From IMG/VR virus record IMGVR_UViG_3300032322_002129: a stretch of DNA of 64,000 nucleotides, one strand, 5' to 3'. Below, one piece after another: positions 1 through 9,951 of the stretch (positions are counted from its first letter, which is position 1; every line of letters begins with the position of its first letter). This DNA comes from an uncultured virus (IMG/VR IMGVR_UViG_3300032322_002129). Taxonomy: Duplodnaviria > Heunggongvirae > Uroviricota > Caudoviricetes. The translations under genes and the position numbers were made by a program. The notes beneath the pieces are model-generated. The model saw only the letters and a program-made list of their open reading frames with translations, was not told the DNA's origin and did no database searches.

Positions 1-69
1 CATCAGCCGCGCATCCTGTCAAGGGGTTTTTGTTAGAGCTTTGTTAACAGGATGCGCGGCTATTATAAA

Positions 70-525
70 CTACTTTACAAAAACTGTCTTAAGTGTTTCA
101 AAAAGCTGATTTGCAACACTATTTGAAAAATCAATACGCAATTCAGCAAATCCTAGTTGCTTTTTCCCAAAATCTGGTACCTTTATTGCATGCCGTACCA
201 TAAAGTAAAATGGTACACTGTTATTATTTAATTGTGAAGCATTTACCCCTATTTTCAAATAAGGATTATTGTTTCGCCTATACCAATGATCGTAGTACGT
301 GTTATTGCTATCTGTAGTGATAAACTCATGCCGATCATCAGACAGCGTATACGCACGCACGTTGTGCGTGCGACGATCTACAGACACATTTACAATAGTA
401 TCATCACGCTTCACACCGTAAAGAACAAACTTGCTTGGAGTAATTACAAACTTAGCAGGATTTGTAATCACATAATATACATAGCTTTTGATATACGACG
501 TAGTACCGTCAAATTGGGTTTTCAT
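70..525 (-). CDS. Hypothetical protein, paralog of 4690-5166
   Basis: Shared motifs PAKF.ITP..F and VN.SVDRRTHN; own promoter and RBS. Confidence 0.8.
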   Translation of the reverse strand: MKTQFDGTTSYIKSYVYYVITNPAKFVITPSKFVLYGVKRDDTIVNVSVDRRTHNVRAYTLSDDRHEFITTDSNNTYYDHWYRRNNNPYLKIGVNASQLNNNSVPFYFMVRHAIKVPDFGKKQLGFAELRIDFSNSVANQLFETLKTVFVK

Positions 526-635
526 TACTTTTCCTTGTGTAACTTGATTACTCTGCCATTATACCATTTGCCGCGCACGATGTCAAGAGCTTTCTGTTAG
601 AGAAGTGTTAACATCGTGCGCGGTTAAAGTATAAC

Positions 636-1028
636 CTAATATAAAAACTTATACGTAGACTTTGCCAAAGGAGTATTACAAAGATATGTGATAAACTCCC
701 TGAAATCAGGGAAAATCTCCTGATGAAAGTACACATCTGCATACATAAAATCAAAGCTGTTACCAGTACGAGTGTTGATAGTAATCTCACAACTGTTTAC
801 TGGTGCGCATGGTTTCAAGACCACGACACCATTATCAAATTGTAAGATATATTCTGATCCTGACTCCTCCACACGTCGCAGGGTGTGCATTTGCGTTGAC
901 AGACCACCTATTGTCAACGTAAACGAAATATTAGACATGTAAATCTTACAAGGTTTCATACACACTTCGTCATTATGTCGTGATATCGTGGCGTGCGTGA
1001 AAAGACTCTCTGTTGAACTAGCAAGCAT
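636..1028 (-). CDS. Hypothetical beta-rich early protein
   Basis: ORF fills the space between two elements; RBS AGAAGG. Confidence 0.75.
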   Translation of the reverse strand: MLASSTESLFTHATISRHNDEVCMKPCKIYMSNISFTLTIGGLSTQMHTLRRVEESGSEYILQFDNGVVVLKPCAPVNSCEITINTRTGNSFDFMYADVYFHQEIFPDFREFITYLCNTPLAKSTYKFLY

Positions 1029-1141
1029 GTTTGTTACCTTCTATTTAACTTCGATTACTCTGCTATTATACCACGTGCCGCGCACGATGTCAAGAGCTTT
1101 CTGTTAGAGCTTTGTTAACATCGTGCGCGGCTAACATATTA

Positions 1142-1399
1142 TTACAAATACATCTCAAAATCTTCGATAGCGATCAATCCCTTCTTCGAAGAGATCACGC
1201 GATTCACGTGCGCAAGAAACTTCTTGGCAAACTTCTCATCAAAGAAGCTGATCCAATCGTTCGTGTGAAAATCATGACGGAAGTTGTAAATCTTCCCTCC
1301 CGGCTTCTTTTCCTGCATCACCTTGTATGCTACGCCATCATACTCCACATAGTAGGTAACGTACGCACCGCCGATGTCCTGCATGAAGATGTTACGCAT
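1142..1399 (-). CDS. Hypothetical protein
   Basis: ORF between elements, AAGGA RBS, higher GC than neighbours. Confidence 0.75.
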   Translation of the reverse strand: MRNIFMQDIGGAYVTYYVEYDGVAYKVMQEKKPGGKIYNFRHDFHTNDWISFFDEKFAKKFLAHVNRVISSKKGLIAIEDFEMYL

Positions 1400-1523
1400 T
1401 GGGTTTTTTGCTTTCCTTGATAACTTCGATTACATTCGTATTATAGCACAGCCGCGCATATTTGTCTACAGGTTTTTGTTAGAGAAGTGTTAACAGTATG
1501 CGCGGTTATTATATAACCTAGTA

Positions 1524-1910
1524 TTACATAACCTTCACATCAGGATTACACAAACTATTTATCCATAATCCCAATATCAAAGAGTCTGCAAAAGACAGCT
1601 CCACATGACTATGCTCCACACCACCAAGCCTGATATACCAAACTGCTTTGTAATTTTCAGTATAGTACTTGAATTGTAATATCAGCAAAGGATTTTCAAC
1701 ACTAAAGGTAGCGTTTGCATAACTGTAATTAAATACATACGTTGGATTCTCTTCTGCATTTTTTAAGAACGAAGTTGCTTTACGAAAGCCATGCGCATGG
1801 AACATTTGTTCGTATGCGTTTATACATACTGTCTTGTGATCCATGTATAACGACAGTAATGTTAAACTATCTTTACTATCACCCTTGATAAAAATATGAT
1901 CTCTTTCCAT
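1524..1910 (-). CDS. Hypothetical beta-rich early protein
   Basis: ORF between elements, GAAGG RBS. Confidence 0.75.
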   Translation of the reverse strand: MERDHIFIKGDSKDSLTLLSLYMDHKTVCINAYEQMFHAHGFRKATSFLKNAEENPTYVFNYSYANATFSVENPLLILQFKYYTENYKAVWYIRLGGVEHSHVELSFADSLILGLWINSLCNPDVKVM

Positions 1911-1999
1911 AACCTTCGGCTCTTTCTATTTCAATTGATTACACAAGCATCATACCATACTGATAGCTACGCTGTCAACTAGTTTGTGTTAGAGAAACG

Positions 2000-2377
2000 T
2001 TAACATACTCTCATCTTGACAAGCTCTGTCCCATTGTGGTATACTACGTAGGCTATACCAGATTCATATATTAAATCATAACATGATTGACAAGGTTTTG
2101 ATATTGTAGGTTTATTATTTTTATCTATCCTTGCGCTATAACATATAGTGTTTGTAATATCAGCACGCGCACGTATGATAGCGCGTGCTTCGGCATGGAT
2201 TGTACAAACACTTGATCTATAACGCTGCTGCACAGGATGCGTACGATAGCAATTGCACGCAGCAGAAAAGACACGCTTTCCTGAAGCTATAATACTACCG
2301 TGTTTATAATTGCATTGCGATAATTCGGCAACTTTGAGCGCTAATTGAAAATTAGTATAATCTCTGTTGGTAAGCAT
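2000..2377 (-). CDS. Cytidine/dCMP deaminase-family zinc protein
   Basis: HAE and PCQSC zinc motifs. Confidence 0.85.
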   Translation of the reverse strand: MLTNRDYTNFQLALKVAELSQCNYKHGSIIASGKRVFSAACNCYRTHPVQQRYRSSVCTIHAEARAIIRARADITNTICYSARIDKNNKPTISKPCQSCYDLIYESGIAYVVYHNGTELVKMRVC

Positions 2378-2416
2378 AAAAAAAAATAATCCCTATATAA
2401 ACATATAGGGATTATT
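2378..2416 (-). terminator. Intrinsic terminator candidate
   Basis: 14-bp stem AATAATCCCTATAT/ATATAGGGATTATT with a minus-strand T run. Confidence 0.6.
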
Positions 2417-2425
2417 GAAACAAAC

Positions 2426-2938
2426 CTACTTATCTACTGCTACGTAAAACTTTCCTACTTGTCCTAAATCTACTTCATAATTCCAAAATGTTTCACCATC
2501 ATGTACCATTTCAATTTCTGCTTTTACTTTACAGCGTGTGGTGATAATTCCCCCAATCCGATACACTCCTACGGTACCAGTATGAATACTCCCGTACAAT
2601 ACTGAAGTATTACGCTCCATAGCAGCATCATACTCCTCTTTTGTAATCTCTTTTTGTAAAAGCTGCCTCTCTAGGTTAATAGCGTGATATGTGCTATTAC
2701 ACCTAAGCACACGTAAATCTAATGTGTCTTGCTTTTCGCCAAGATATTCAAAACCATCTTCGAATACCTGGTTCAGAAACACTGTTGGCTTCTGAACTTT
2801 CCACACAAGCCATCCTGTTTCACGATCTACAATATAATAATTTCCTTTCTGCTCTTTACCATCACACTTGATAATCAAAAACCGTGATAGAAAACTAGCC
2901 TTGCGATCTTTCTTAGCCTTTGCTGCTACTGATGGCAT
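2426..2938 (-). CDS. Hypothetical protein
   Basis: 170-aa ORF with AAGGA RBS. Confidence 0.75.
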   Translation of the reverse strand: MPSVAAKAKKDRKASFLSRFLIIKCDGKEQKGNYYIVDRETGWLVWKVQKPTVFLNQVFEDGFEYLGEKQDTLDLRVLRCNSTYHAINLERQLLQKEITKEEYDAAMERNTSVLYGSIHTGTVGVYRIGGIITTRCKVKAEIEMVHDGETFWNYEVDLGQVGKFYVAVDK

Positions 2939-3070
2939 GAAACATTCCTTTGCTAAAAATCCTGAAAAGAGAATTGCTTACCTAGTTGCTTACCTTATGG
3001 TTTTATTATACCATACGTTGCGCGGGAGTAGTGTTAGAAAAGTATTATACTTACCCCCGCGCAATAGTAT

Positions 3071-3319
3071 TTACTTTGTTACAAAACTAAACTCATAAAG
3101 AGAATAATCATCACGTAGATCATCGATGTCCATAGAATATCCTAATGACTTACTGATATTCTTTAGCACATCATAGATCGTAGCTACACAACGATCGTAT
3201 GTGAAGTTAGGACTAGAAGCCCAATAGAGATTGTCTGAACCTGGAGTATGGTATAAAGCCATGTCGTTATCATACAATGCTGCCAACTTGCATCCTGAAA
3301 TAAAAAATGTGTTGTTCAT
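3071..3319 (-). CDS. Hypothetical protein
   Basis: GAGGAG RBS. Confidence 0.7.
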   Translation of the reverse strand: MNNTFFISGCKLAALYDNDMALYHTPGSDNLYWASSPNFTYDRCVATIYDVLKNISKSLGYSMDIDDLRDDYSLYEFSFVTK

Positions 3320-3536
3320 TATGCTTACTCCTCAAAGCTTTTATTCGAAGCTCTTCATTACAAGCCAAAGCACATACAAAATCACCAGTGTACCTAAAAC
3401 TACCATGATGCTGCTACCTAATCCATCCATAGGTTTTTACTCCTTTGCTTGATTACTCTGTTATTATACCACTAGCCGCGCAAGGTGTCAAGAGCTTTTT
3501 GTTAGAGAGGCGTTAACACCTTGCGCGGCAAATGTA

Positions 3537-4052
3537 TTACTTAGTACAATTGATCCATCTACACTCATCAAATGTACTAGTGTTCTTAATAACTACGCTC
3601 ATATCGGCTTCTCGAAACACAGACCTAGTAAACTCATTTTCTTCTAACTTTACACTAAAAAACCATGGTGAAGTAATGTCACATACAGTAAAATAATTGC
3701 GTAAGAATTGCGCGTTTGTCAAGTTACACTGAAACAAGTGTGCTCTGTTGAAATAACAATTAATAAACATACAATCACTAAACTCTACGTACCGTGCTTG
3801 TACAAAATCAAAGTAACAATTTACAAACACGCTACCGGAACAATTGCTACCAGAAAAATCACTACCGTTGAAACTTCCCTTATTAAAGACACATGATCGC
3901 ATGGTATCCGGCATCCTACATTCGTGAAACGCTACGCTTGTTGTGGTAAGATTGTCAAACGCTAGCCCATAAAACGACACACCAAGAAACGTATCATATG
4001 GAGTAGGGTTGGTAAGGCTGTCAATTTGTGCACTGGTAGGATTGGTAAGCAT
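3537..4052 (-). CDS. Pentapeptide-repeat protein
   Basis: Repeats such as FNGSDFSGSNCSGSVFVNC and CNLTNAQF. Confidence 0.85.
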   Translation of the reverse strand: MLTNPTSAQIDSLTNPTPYDTFLGVSFYGLAFDNLTTTSVAFHECRMPDTMRSCVFNKGSFNGSDFSGSNCSGSVFVNCYFDFVQARYVEFSDCMFINCYFNRAHLFQCNLTNAQFLRNYFTVCDITSPWFFSVKLEENEFTRSVFREADMSVVIKNTSTFDECRWINCTK

Positions 4053-4075
4053 TGTCTTTTACTTTCTATTTTAGA

Positions 4076-4270
4076 TTACTTCTCAAATCGATTGTTTACT
4101 GCTTGAGTTGTAGCAGCATACTCCGCCCTCGTGACGCATTTAGGATCTTTACGACAAGCCTCTTCTACTTGCTGTTGCGTCATATTCCTATGTGGCATAT
4201 CCGCTGCTCCGCATGCCAGAATAAACAGTAACATTCCGATTGACAGACCTACTACAATAATTCGCTTCAC
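4076..4270 (-). CDS. Putative lipoprotein
   Basis: Basic N-terminus, hydrophobic stretch and ILA-C lipobox. Confidence 0.65.
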   Translation of the reverse strand: MKRIIVVGLSIGMLLFILACGAADMPHRNMTQQQVEEACRKDPKCVTRAEYAATTQAVNNRFEK

Positions 4271-4382
4271 GATTAGTTTACTTTCTAACTAACTTAATTA
4301 CTCCATTATTATACCATACCCGCCCAACGTTGTCTACAGGTTTTTGTTAGAGAAACGTTAACGTTGGGCGGGTATGTAAGGC

Positions 4383-4580
4383 TTACTCCATCACGGTCTC
4401 ATACATAGCTACTGCGTCTAAATATTCACACGCAGTAATAAAATCACGAACAGGGCGGTATTCAAACGCATGCACCATGCCGTATACTGGATGCTCTTCT
4501 GATCGCACGTACCGACCAACACCCGGTAACTCTAATCGCTCATCTGTTTGCCGATCGTGAAACCATACTAGATACTTCAT
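4383..4580 (-). CDS. Hypothetical protein
   Basis: Own promoter element and AAGGA RBS. Confidence 0.7.
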   Translation of the reverse strand: MKYLVWFHDRQTDERLELPGVGRYVRSEEHPVYGMVHAFEYRPVRDFITACEYLDAVAMYETVME

Positions 4581-4689
4581 ACTTTTATCCTTTCTTGATT
4601 ACTTGATTACTCTGTTACTATACCACAGCCCGCGCATCCTGTCAATAGGCTTTTGTTAGAACTTTGTTAACAGGATGCGCGGCAATTAT

Positions 4690-5166
4690 TTAGTTACGAT
4701 ATATAAAAGCCATCTTTAACACCCTGAAAAGCTCTCTTCCTTCATCATTCGGAAAATAAATACAAGCTCCAATAGATTGTAGATGCTTTTCACGAAAGCC
4801 TCTAATACGTGTTGGTACGTGTGCTGTAAAGTAAAATGGTACGCTATCATCATCTAACTGTGAATCATATACAGTAATCATTAAACTAGGATTATCCAAA
4901 CGATTATGAATAGATTGGTAGTATTGTGATACAGTATCCATAGCAGTAAAGTTATTCATATGATCATAAATAACATCATGATCATCAGACAACGTACGTG
5001 AAACCCGCGTACATGTGTTGTGCGTGCGCCTATCTACAGACGCATTGACAATATCACCATACTTTGTAGCGGTAAATGAAAACCTATTTGGAGTAATCAG
5101 AAACTTAGCAGGGTAGTTTTCCCAAACGCCATTTACGATACGCTTTGAAAATCCTTCGAATTGCAT
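4690..5166 (-). CDS. Hypothetical protein, paralog of 70-525 (likely start MQFEGF)
   Basis: Shared motifs with 70-525; AGAAAGA upstream of ATG 5166. Confidence 0.75.
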   Translation of the reverse strand: MQFEGFSKRIVNGVWENYPAKFLITPNRFSFTATKYGDIVNASVDRRTHNTCTRVSRTLSDDHDVIYDHMNNFTAMDTVSQYYQSIHNRLDNPSLMITVYDSQLDDDSVPFYFTAHVPTRIRGFREKHLQSIGACIYFPNDEGRELFRVLKMAFIYRN

Positions 5167-5180
5167 GATAGTTATTCTTT

Positions 5181-5345
5181 CTATGGAATTAAAGTAAAAA
5201 CTTTTAGAATGATCCAAACAGTAAATGATAATGGTATAGCGATAACTACTATAGGCATGACAGACTCAAGCAGTTTTGTTTTTAATATAATCCAAACTAA
5301 AAACAGAGATGGTATAGCTATAATTAGTATAGGTGTAATGTTCAT
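5181..5345 (-). CDS. 54-aa two-TM membrane peptide with internal duplication
   Basis: MNITPILIIAIPSLFLVWIILKTKLLESVMPIVVIAIPLSFTVWIILKVFTLIP; below the ORF-track cutoff. Confidence 0.5.
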   Translation of the reverse strand: MNITPILIIAIPSLFLVWIILKTKLLESVMPIVVIAIPLSFTVWIILKVFTLIP

Positions 5346-5425
5346 TTATTATATCATCAGCCGCGCACGATGTCAAGAGCTTTCTGTTAGAGAAGCGTTA
5401 ACATCGTGCGCGGGAATATTATACA

Positions 5426-5797
5426 CTAGCCAATATAATACCCGTACAATCCGCTCAAATCATTTGTGTATTTGATAAGAGCGATTTCGATCGTGTCCAG
5501 TGTTACTGGAGTATCACCAGCAGCACCAGCACCACGCACACCACCAGCAGGGCGAACACCTAGCGCTAGCGTACTACCATCCCAGAAGCCACGCTTGGCT
5601 TCTGGCAAGCTAGGACAGAGATCACGTAGTACGTTTACCGTAGCTGCGTGTCCATTGAGATTTTCCGTAACACGTGCTAGCATAGCTGGCAATTCCGTAA
5701 TAGAAACGCGCTTCCATACCAGCATACCATCATCAAACGAGGGTGAAACGATCGTGCTAATCAGCGTGAGCTTGGTATCCTTGTGTAGTAAGAACAT
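5426..5797 (-). CDS. DUF1874/STIV B116-like protein, possible AcrIII-1-type ring nuclease
   Basis: ~120 aa, NLNGHAAT (GHxxT) motif, then L..LC and KR at the position of the family's NR motif. Confidence 0.55.
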   Translation of the reverse strand: MFLLHKDTKLTLISTIVSPSFDDGMLVWKRVSITELPAMLARVTENLNGHAATVNVLRDLCPSLPEAKRGFWDGSTLALGVRPAGGVRGAGAAGDTPVTLDTIEIALIKYTNDLSGLYGYYIG

Positions 5798-6026
5798 GGT
5801 TGTTGTCCTTTCTTGATTACATTGGTATTATACCATGAGCCGCGCAACTTGTCTACAGGTTTTTGTTAGAGATGTGTTAACAAAAATCGCTGTAATCAAT
5901 ACCGGTGTGTGTTGGATATTGCTTACTGTTGATCTTTACCAACTCATTCCATTGCGTGCGTGCAAGAATATAAAACATAACCATCTTGATAAACTTCATT
6001 GTATACACTCTTTCTAATTAGTTAGC

Positions 6027-6251
6027 TTATCGTGCTAGTACATCTTCCTTGACACCATCATACTCAAATTGCCAAGCTAGGATTGTAGGAAAATCTTCAC
6101 ACTTTTTGATAAAGGATGGTAGATCAATGTTCTTAAACTTTTCTGGTGCTACCTTCCACACCGTGAATGATCCACAATCTTTAATTTTGTCTAATCCCTT
6201 CACAGCTAGCTTTTCCTTATTGTCAATATATAGTCTAATTCCTACAATCAT
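6027..6251 (-). CDS. Hypothetical protein
   Basis: AAGGA RBS. Confidence 0.65.
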   Translation of the reverse strand: MIVGIRLYIDNKEKLAVKGLDKIKDCGSFTVWKVAPEKFKNIDLPSFIKKCEDFPTILAWQFEYDGVKEDVLAR

Positions 6252-6282
6252 GATAGTTATTCCTTGTTGTTATTTATTAGTA

Positions 6283-6630
6283 TTACACTGCGTGATATAC
6301 ATGATCGTCAAAATATGCTTCCATAGATTCATCATAATCACGATTATACCAATCGTTACTACATTCGCCATCAGCTAACAACTCCTGCATACATTCATGA
6401 TCATACGTTCGCCAAAACCTACCATTGGTAACATCAAACGTATGTTCACGAAAATCCGATCTACCGCGTGTTTCGAGAAACATAATTGCAAAATCTAACG
6501 CATCGTTCGCGGTATAGAAGATTTTACTATGATACTTCTCAAGATTTTCATCAACTCCAATAACAATAAAACTGTTATTTTCCGTGCTTGCGGTATGAAT
6601 GTAACACGCTGGCATACCTGGAGTAAGCAT
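6283..6630 (-). CDS. Hypothetical acidic protein
   Basis: Own promoter element and GAAGGA RBS. Confidence 0.7.
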   Translation of the reverse strand: MLTPGMPACYIHTASTENNSFIVIGVDENLEKYHSKIFYTANDALDFAIMFLETRGRSDFREHTFDVTNGRFWRTYDHECMQELLADGECSNDWYNRDYDESMEAYFDDHVYHAV

Positions 6631-6741
6631 TAGTAACTTCCTTCTATGTAAATTCGATTACACTGGTACTATACCATTTCCCGCGCAAGGTGTCAAGAGC
6701 TTTTTGTTAGAGAAGCGTTAACACCTTGCGCGGGAAATGTA

Positions 6742-7128
6742 TTACGTAAAATTGTTATACATAATACCAAGCTGCTCTTCTACCAGAAGACCAAAAGCAG
6801 CGCTATGCGTGAAGTATACTTCTAGGTGTGTGCTGTTGGAGTCTGCTTTTACGTACATCCCATCAGCTATCTTTTCAGGATTGAAAATCATTTCCCAACC
6901 ACGATCATCCCAAAAAATCAACACTGTCCCATTTTTGTACGTAATGCGATAACCGTTCTGACATTCACGTGAAATCTTTACCAATCCTTGCAAGCTATAT
7001 TTCTCATTCACACCATACTTCGAATTGTAAAACGATACGTCAAAAAACTCTAACCCTAGTGCAAACGTACCCTTATAGTGTGTGGAATAATCATCCTGTC
7101 CGTGAACTACCATGTCTGACATCAGCAT
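6742..7128 (-). CDS. Hypothetical beta-rich early protein
   Basis: ORF between elements. Confidence 0.75.
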   Translation of the reverse strand: MLMSDMVVHGQDDYSTHYKGTFALGLEFFDVSFYNSKYGVNEKYSLQGLVKISRECQNGYRITYKNGTVLIFWDDRGWEMIFNPEKIADGMYVKADSNSTHLEVYFTHSAAFGLLVEEQLGIMYNNFT

Positions 7129-7216
7129 TGCGTTTGCTCTTTCTAACTAGCTTCGATTACATTCGTATTATAGCACACGCGCCCAACGTTGTCTATAGGT
7201 TTTTGTTAGAGAAGTG

Positions 7217-7513
7217 TTAACAACTTTTGCGGGAGTAGCTAATTTCTAATACAGAAGATGAAATCTTATTCCCCCAAGACAGACCATTACACAAAACACA
7301 ATTACAATCCCAATTAGCAAAACCTTCTGTTAAAGCGTTTGCTGTGCTCTCACAAACACGCTTTGGAGTAGCAGATTCTAGATCATCATAGTTATGAATA
7401 ACAATACCCCTTGTCAAATTATTATCCAATTCAGAATTATTTTCTGCTTGGATAATATATGGATCTCCGCATGGCCAGCCACCATAAGCAAACTGGTGAA
7501 TGTAATAGTTCAT
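7217..7513 (-). CDS. Hypothetical protein
   Basis: Between elements; stop codon lies in the element's TTAAC. Confidence 0.65.
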   Translation of the reverse strand: MNYYIHQFAYGGWPCGDPYIIQAENNSELDNNLTRGIVIHNYDDLESATPKRVCESTANALTEGFANWDCNCVLCNGLSWGNKISSSVLEISYSRKSC

Positions 7514-7599
7514 ATACTGTCTCTTTTTTCGATTACGCTTGTATTATACCCTAGCCGCGCATACTTGTCTACTGGTTTTTGTTAGAGATTTGTTAACAT

Positions 7600-7980
7600 T
7601 TACAGGTACATTTTTTTATAAATTGTTTGTAGATTTGGTCGAAGCATACGTATTTGCTCTTCAGAGAAAATTACTTGCAGGTATAATGGATTTTTATTAT
7701 CATCTATTTTAATAATCCATATAATATCATAGGCATCTTCTGGAGTTATAGTAATTTTTGATGAAGAATAACCATCTTTTACATGTTGGTATGTAAGAAC
7801 ACACCCCTTGCCATGATCCACACGTTCAATACTTTCTAGTTTAAAGTATAATCTACGTACATTTGCAAATGTAAGAGAGAATACGTTTTGATCAATAATC
7901 AATTCTACTTCATAATTAAATGGTAGAACGTTAAGATCAAAATACTGCACTGCTTTAGCTATAATGTGTGTTTTTTGCAT
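7600..7980 (-). CDS. Hypothetical protein, paralog of 8018-8380
   Basis: MQKTHI..AVQYFD vs MKSLHL..VVQYFD; both have IW.I/V.I.D and VIFSEE/VVFSDE near the C-terminus. Confidence 0.8.
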   Translation of the reverse strand: MQKTHIIAKAVQYFDLNVLPFNYEVELIIDQNVFSLTFANVRRLYFKLESIERVDHGKGCVLTYQHVKDGYSSSKITITPEDAYDIIWIIKIDDNKNPLYLQVIFSEEQIRMLRPNLQTIYKKMYL

Positions 7981-8017
7981 ACTTTTCCTTTTTTTTTTAT
8001 TTTTACAAATACATTTT

Positions 8018-8380
8018 TTAAATTACTTGTAGATTTTCTCGAATTGCACACACTTCTTCATCGGAGAAAACTACATACATGTGCTGGGTAGGATTGCCAT
8101 CAAATATACTAACAGCCCAAATATTCAGATCGTTTTTTGTTACAGTCATCATAATTTTAGGAGAAACTATCCAATCTTTAGGATATTTGTATTTAATAAC
8201 ATAACCATCAGGATAATTTGTAAGACGAATACTCTGTAAGCAAAGATACTGTCTTTCTATATTTTTAAAATTAAATATAAACGAAGTTTTATCGATACCT
8301 ATGTTTGCATAAAGGTCTACTGATGAAAGATCAACATCAAAATATTGTACTACTCTTGGCATAAGGTGTAAACTTTTCAT
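8018..8380 (-). CDS. Hypothetical protein, paralog of 7600-7980
   Basis: As above; AAGGAG RBS. Confidence 0.8.
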   Translation of the reverse strand: MKSLHLMPRVVQYFDVDLSSVDLYANIGIDKTSFIFNFKNIERQYLCLQSIRLTNYPDGYVIKYKYPKDWIVSPKIMMTVTKNDLNIWAVSIFDGNPTQHMYVVFSDEEVCAIRENLQVI

Positions 8381-8646
8381 ATTTCTCCTTATTCTGTATT
8401 TAGATATGCGGTGTGTTTTTGGTATATTGGTATTTTACCATACCCCCGCGCATCCTGTCAACTACTTTTTGTTAGAAGATTGCTAACAGTTTGCGCGGGA
8501 ATACTATATTACTTTACACAACACCCAACTACCAGCTACAAACTTATAGACTAATCCAATACTGTCTTGATATACTGCTTTATACTGCATACCAAGTAAG
8601 GTATAGTAGTATACTGTTGTTGCTTGTTTTTTAACACATACCATAA

Positions 8647-9246
8647 TTATACTTCTACATAATTACATAGAGGCTTACCAACAAGCCTACCAGTGTAATT
8701 TATCCTAAAGTTACAATACTTATTGCTAATATCAGCACCAGCATATTCACCCCTACGAATAATATCACGATTGTTAGAATCAATGGATTCATCTGGCAAA
8801 TAAAGCAGGATAATAACATCCATTAGTGCTTCTAAACCTACCCAACGAAAAAACACATAATCCATATGAAATACAGTGTAACGAAGATTTGCAATACAGT
8901 ATTCTAAATCTTCGCTATCACGAAAGTAATCAAACGTGTCATGAAAATATAGTGGTAGTTCTCTTGCTATCACTTCTCGATTCTGCACCATCATACAAAG
9001 CTTACCATTATTTTCTAAATCATTCTTAAATAAAAGTTCTGCATGGTAGTGAAACCTTGTTAGATTAATCCATATATCACTGTAACTATAACCATTTTCT
9101 AGCATATCCATAACACGATTGTATTGCTTTAATGCTTCTTGTGCGTGATTCATTGTGTTGTCCTTTCTATATGCACAGTATAGCACATTGGGTAACAATG
9201 TGCTATACTCTTCTGCTAGAATATTGTTAGAGATTATACCGGCCAA
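8647..9246 (-). CDS. Hypothetical protein (start may be MNHAQ at ~9153)
   Basis: ORF; AAAGGA RBS before the internal ATG. Confidence 0.65.
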   Translation of the reverse strand: MAGIISNNILAEEYSTLLPNVLYCAYRKDNTMNHAQEALKQYNRVMDMLENGYSYSDIWINLTRFHYHAELLFKNDLENNGKLCMMVQNREVIARELPLYFHDTFDYFRDSEDLEYCIANLRYTVFHMDYVFFRWVGLEALMDVIILLYLPDESIDSNNRDIIRRGEYAGADISNKYCNFRINYTGRLVGKPLCNYVEV

Positions 9247-9644
9247 TAGTACTTACGTTCTGGTTTTTCTTCCCAGTTGTATTTACTATAGAATGTATAA
9301 TCTTTGTGTAGTAGTGCTGCTCTGTGCGTGGTGTGAATACCTTGTCCCCACCATGGGGGAATGTAGGTTTTTGTAAAGCTGTTATGGAATGCTTGGATTT
9401 TCTCTAAGCAGGTATCTTGAAACCCACGATCAATCCACGCATGGCAGATATACACACCATATTCTACTAACGCATTAGAATAACCTTTCCACATTCTAGT
9501 AGCAGGATGGTTTACCCATCCTTTTGACAGCCCATGCAGCGTATTGAGAATCTGTAGCGTTTCTACACGCTGTTTTCCTAAACGCTTGTCATCAAGCACA
9601 AACGCACACAAAGGCATATCAGGATATGGTACAAAGGTTTGCAT
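9234..9644 (-). CDS. Pyrimidine-dimer DNA glycosylase-like (MSMEG_6728/endonuclease V family)
   Basis: MQTF.PY, LDDKRLGKQRVETLQIL, HPATRMWKGY, YYWPV. Confidence 0.9.
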   Translation of the reverse strand: MQTFVPYPDMPLCAFVLDDKRLGKQRVETLQILNTLHGLSKGWVNHPATRMWKGYSNALVEYGVYICHAWIDRGFQDTCLEKIQAFHNSFTKTYIPPWWGQGIHTTHRAALLHKDYTFYSKYNWEEKPERKYYWPV

Positions 9645-9856
9645 TAGTCAATGCTTTCTACTACGTCACGCAGTGATTTTACATGACGCAAATTGATTTT
9701 GGTATCATCATCGGAAAGAATAACGTTTGTGTATTTTGGTTGCTTAACAACAGGCTTTTCTGTCTTTGGCATATTGCGCTGTGCCTTGTCTTTTAGTTTT
9801 CGCGCACGTCGTTTTGCCAGTTCCGATTTTACTTCACTTGTGGACTTGTCGTACAT
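9644..9856 (-). CDS. Small basic hypothetical protein
   Basis: AAGGA RBS; coupled to the next gene. Confidence 0.65.
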   Translation of the reverse strand: MYDKSTSEVKSELAKRRARKLKDKAQRNMPKTEKPVVKQPKYTNVILSDDDTKINLRHVKSLRDVVESID

Positions 9857-9951
9857 GATGTGATTCCTTGTCTAATTGATTACGCTGCTGATTACTTTAC
9901 TAGTATACCACACGTTGTTTCGTCTGTCAAGATGTTTGTGTTAGAGAAGCG

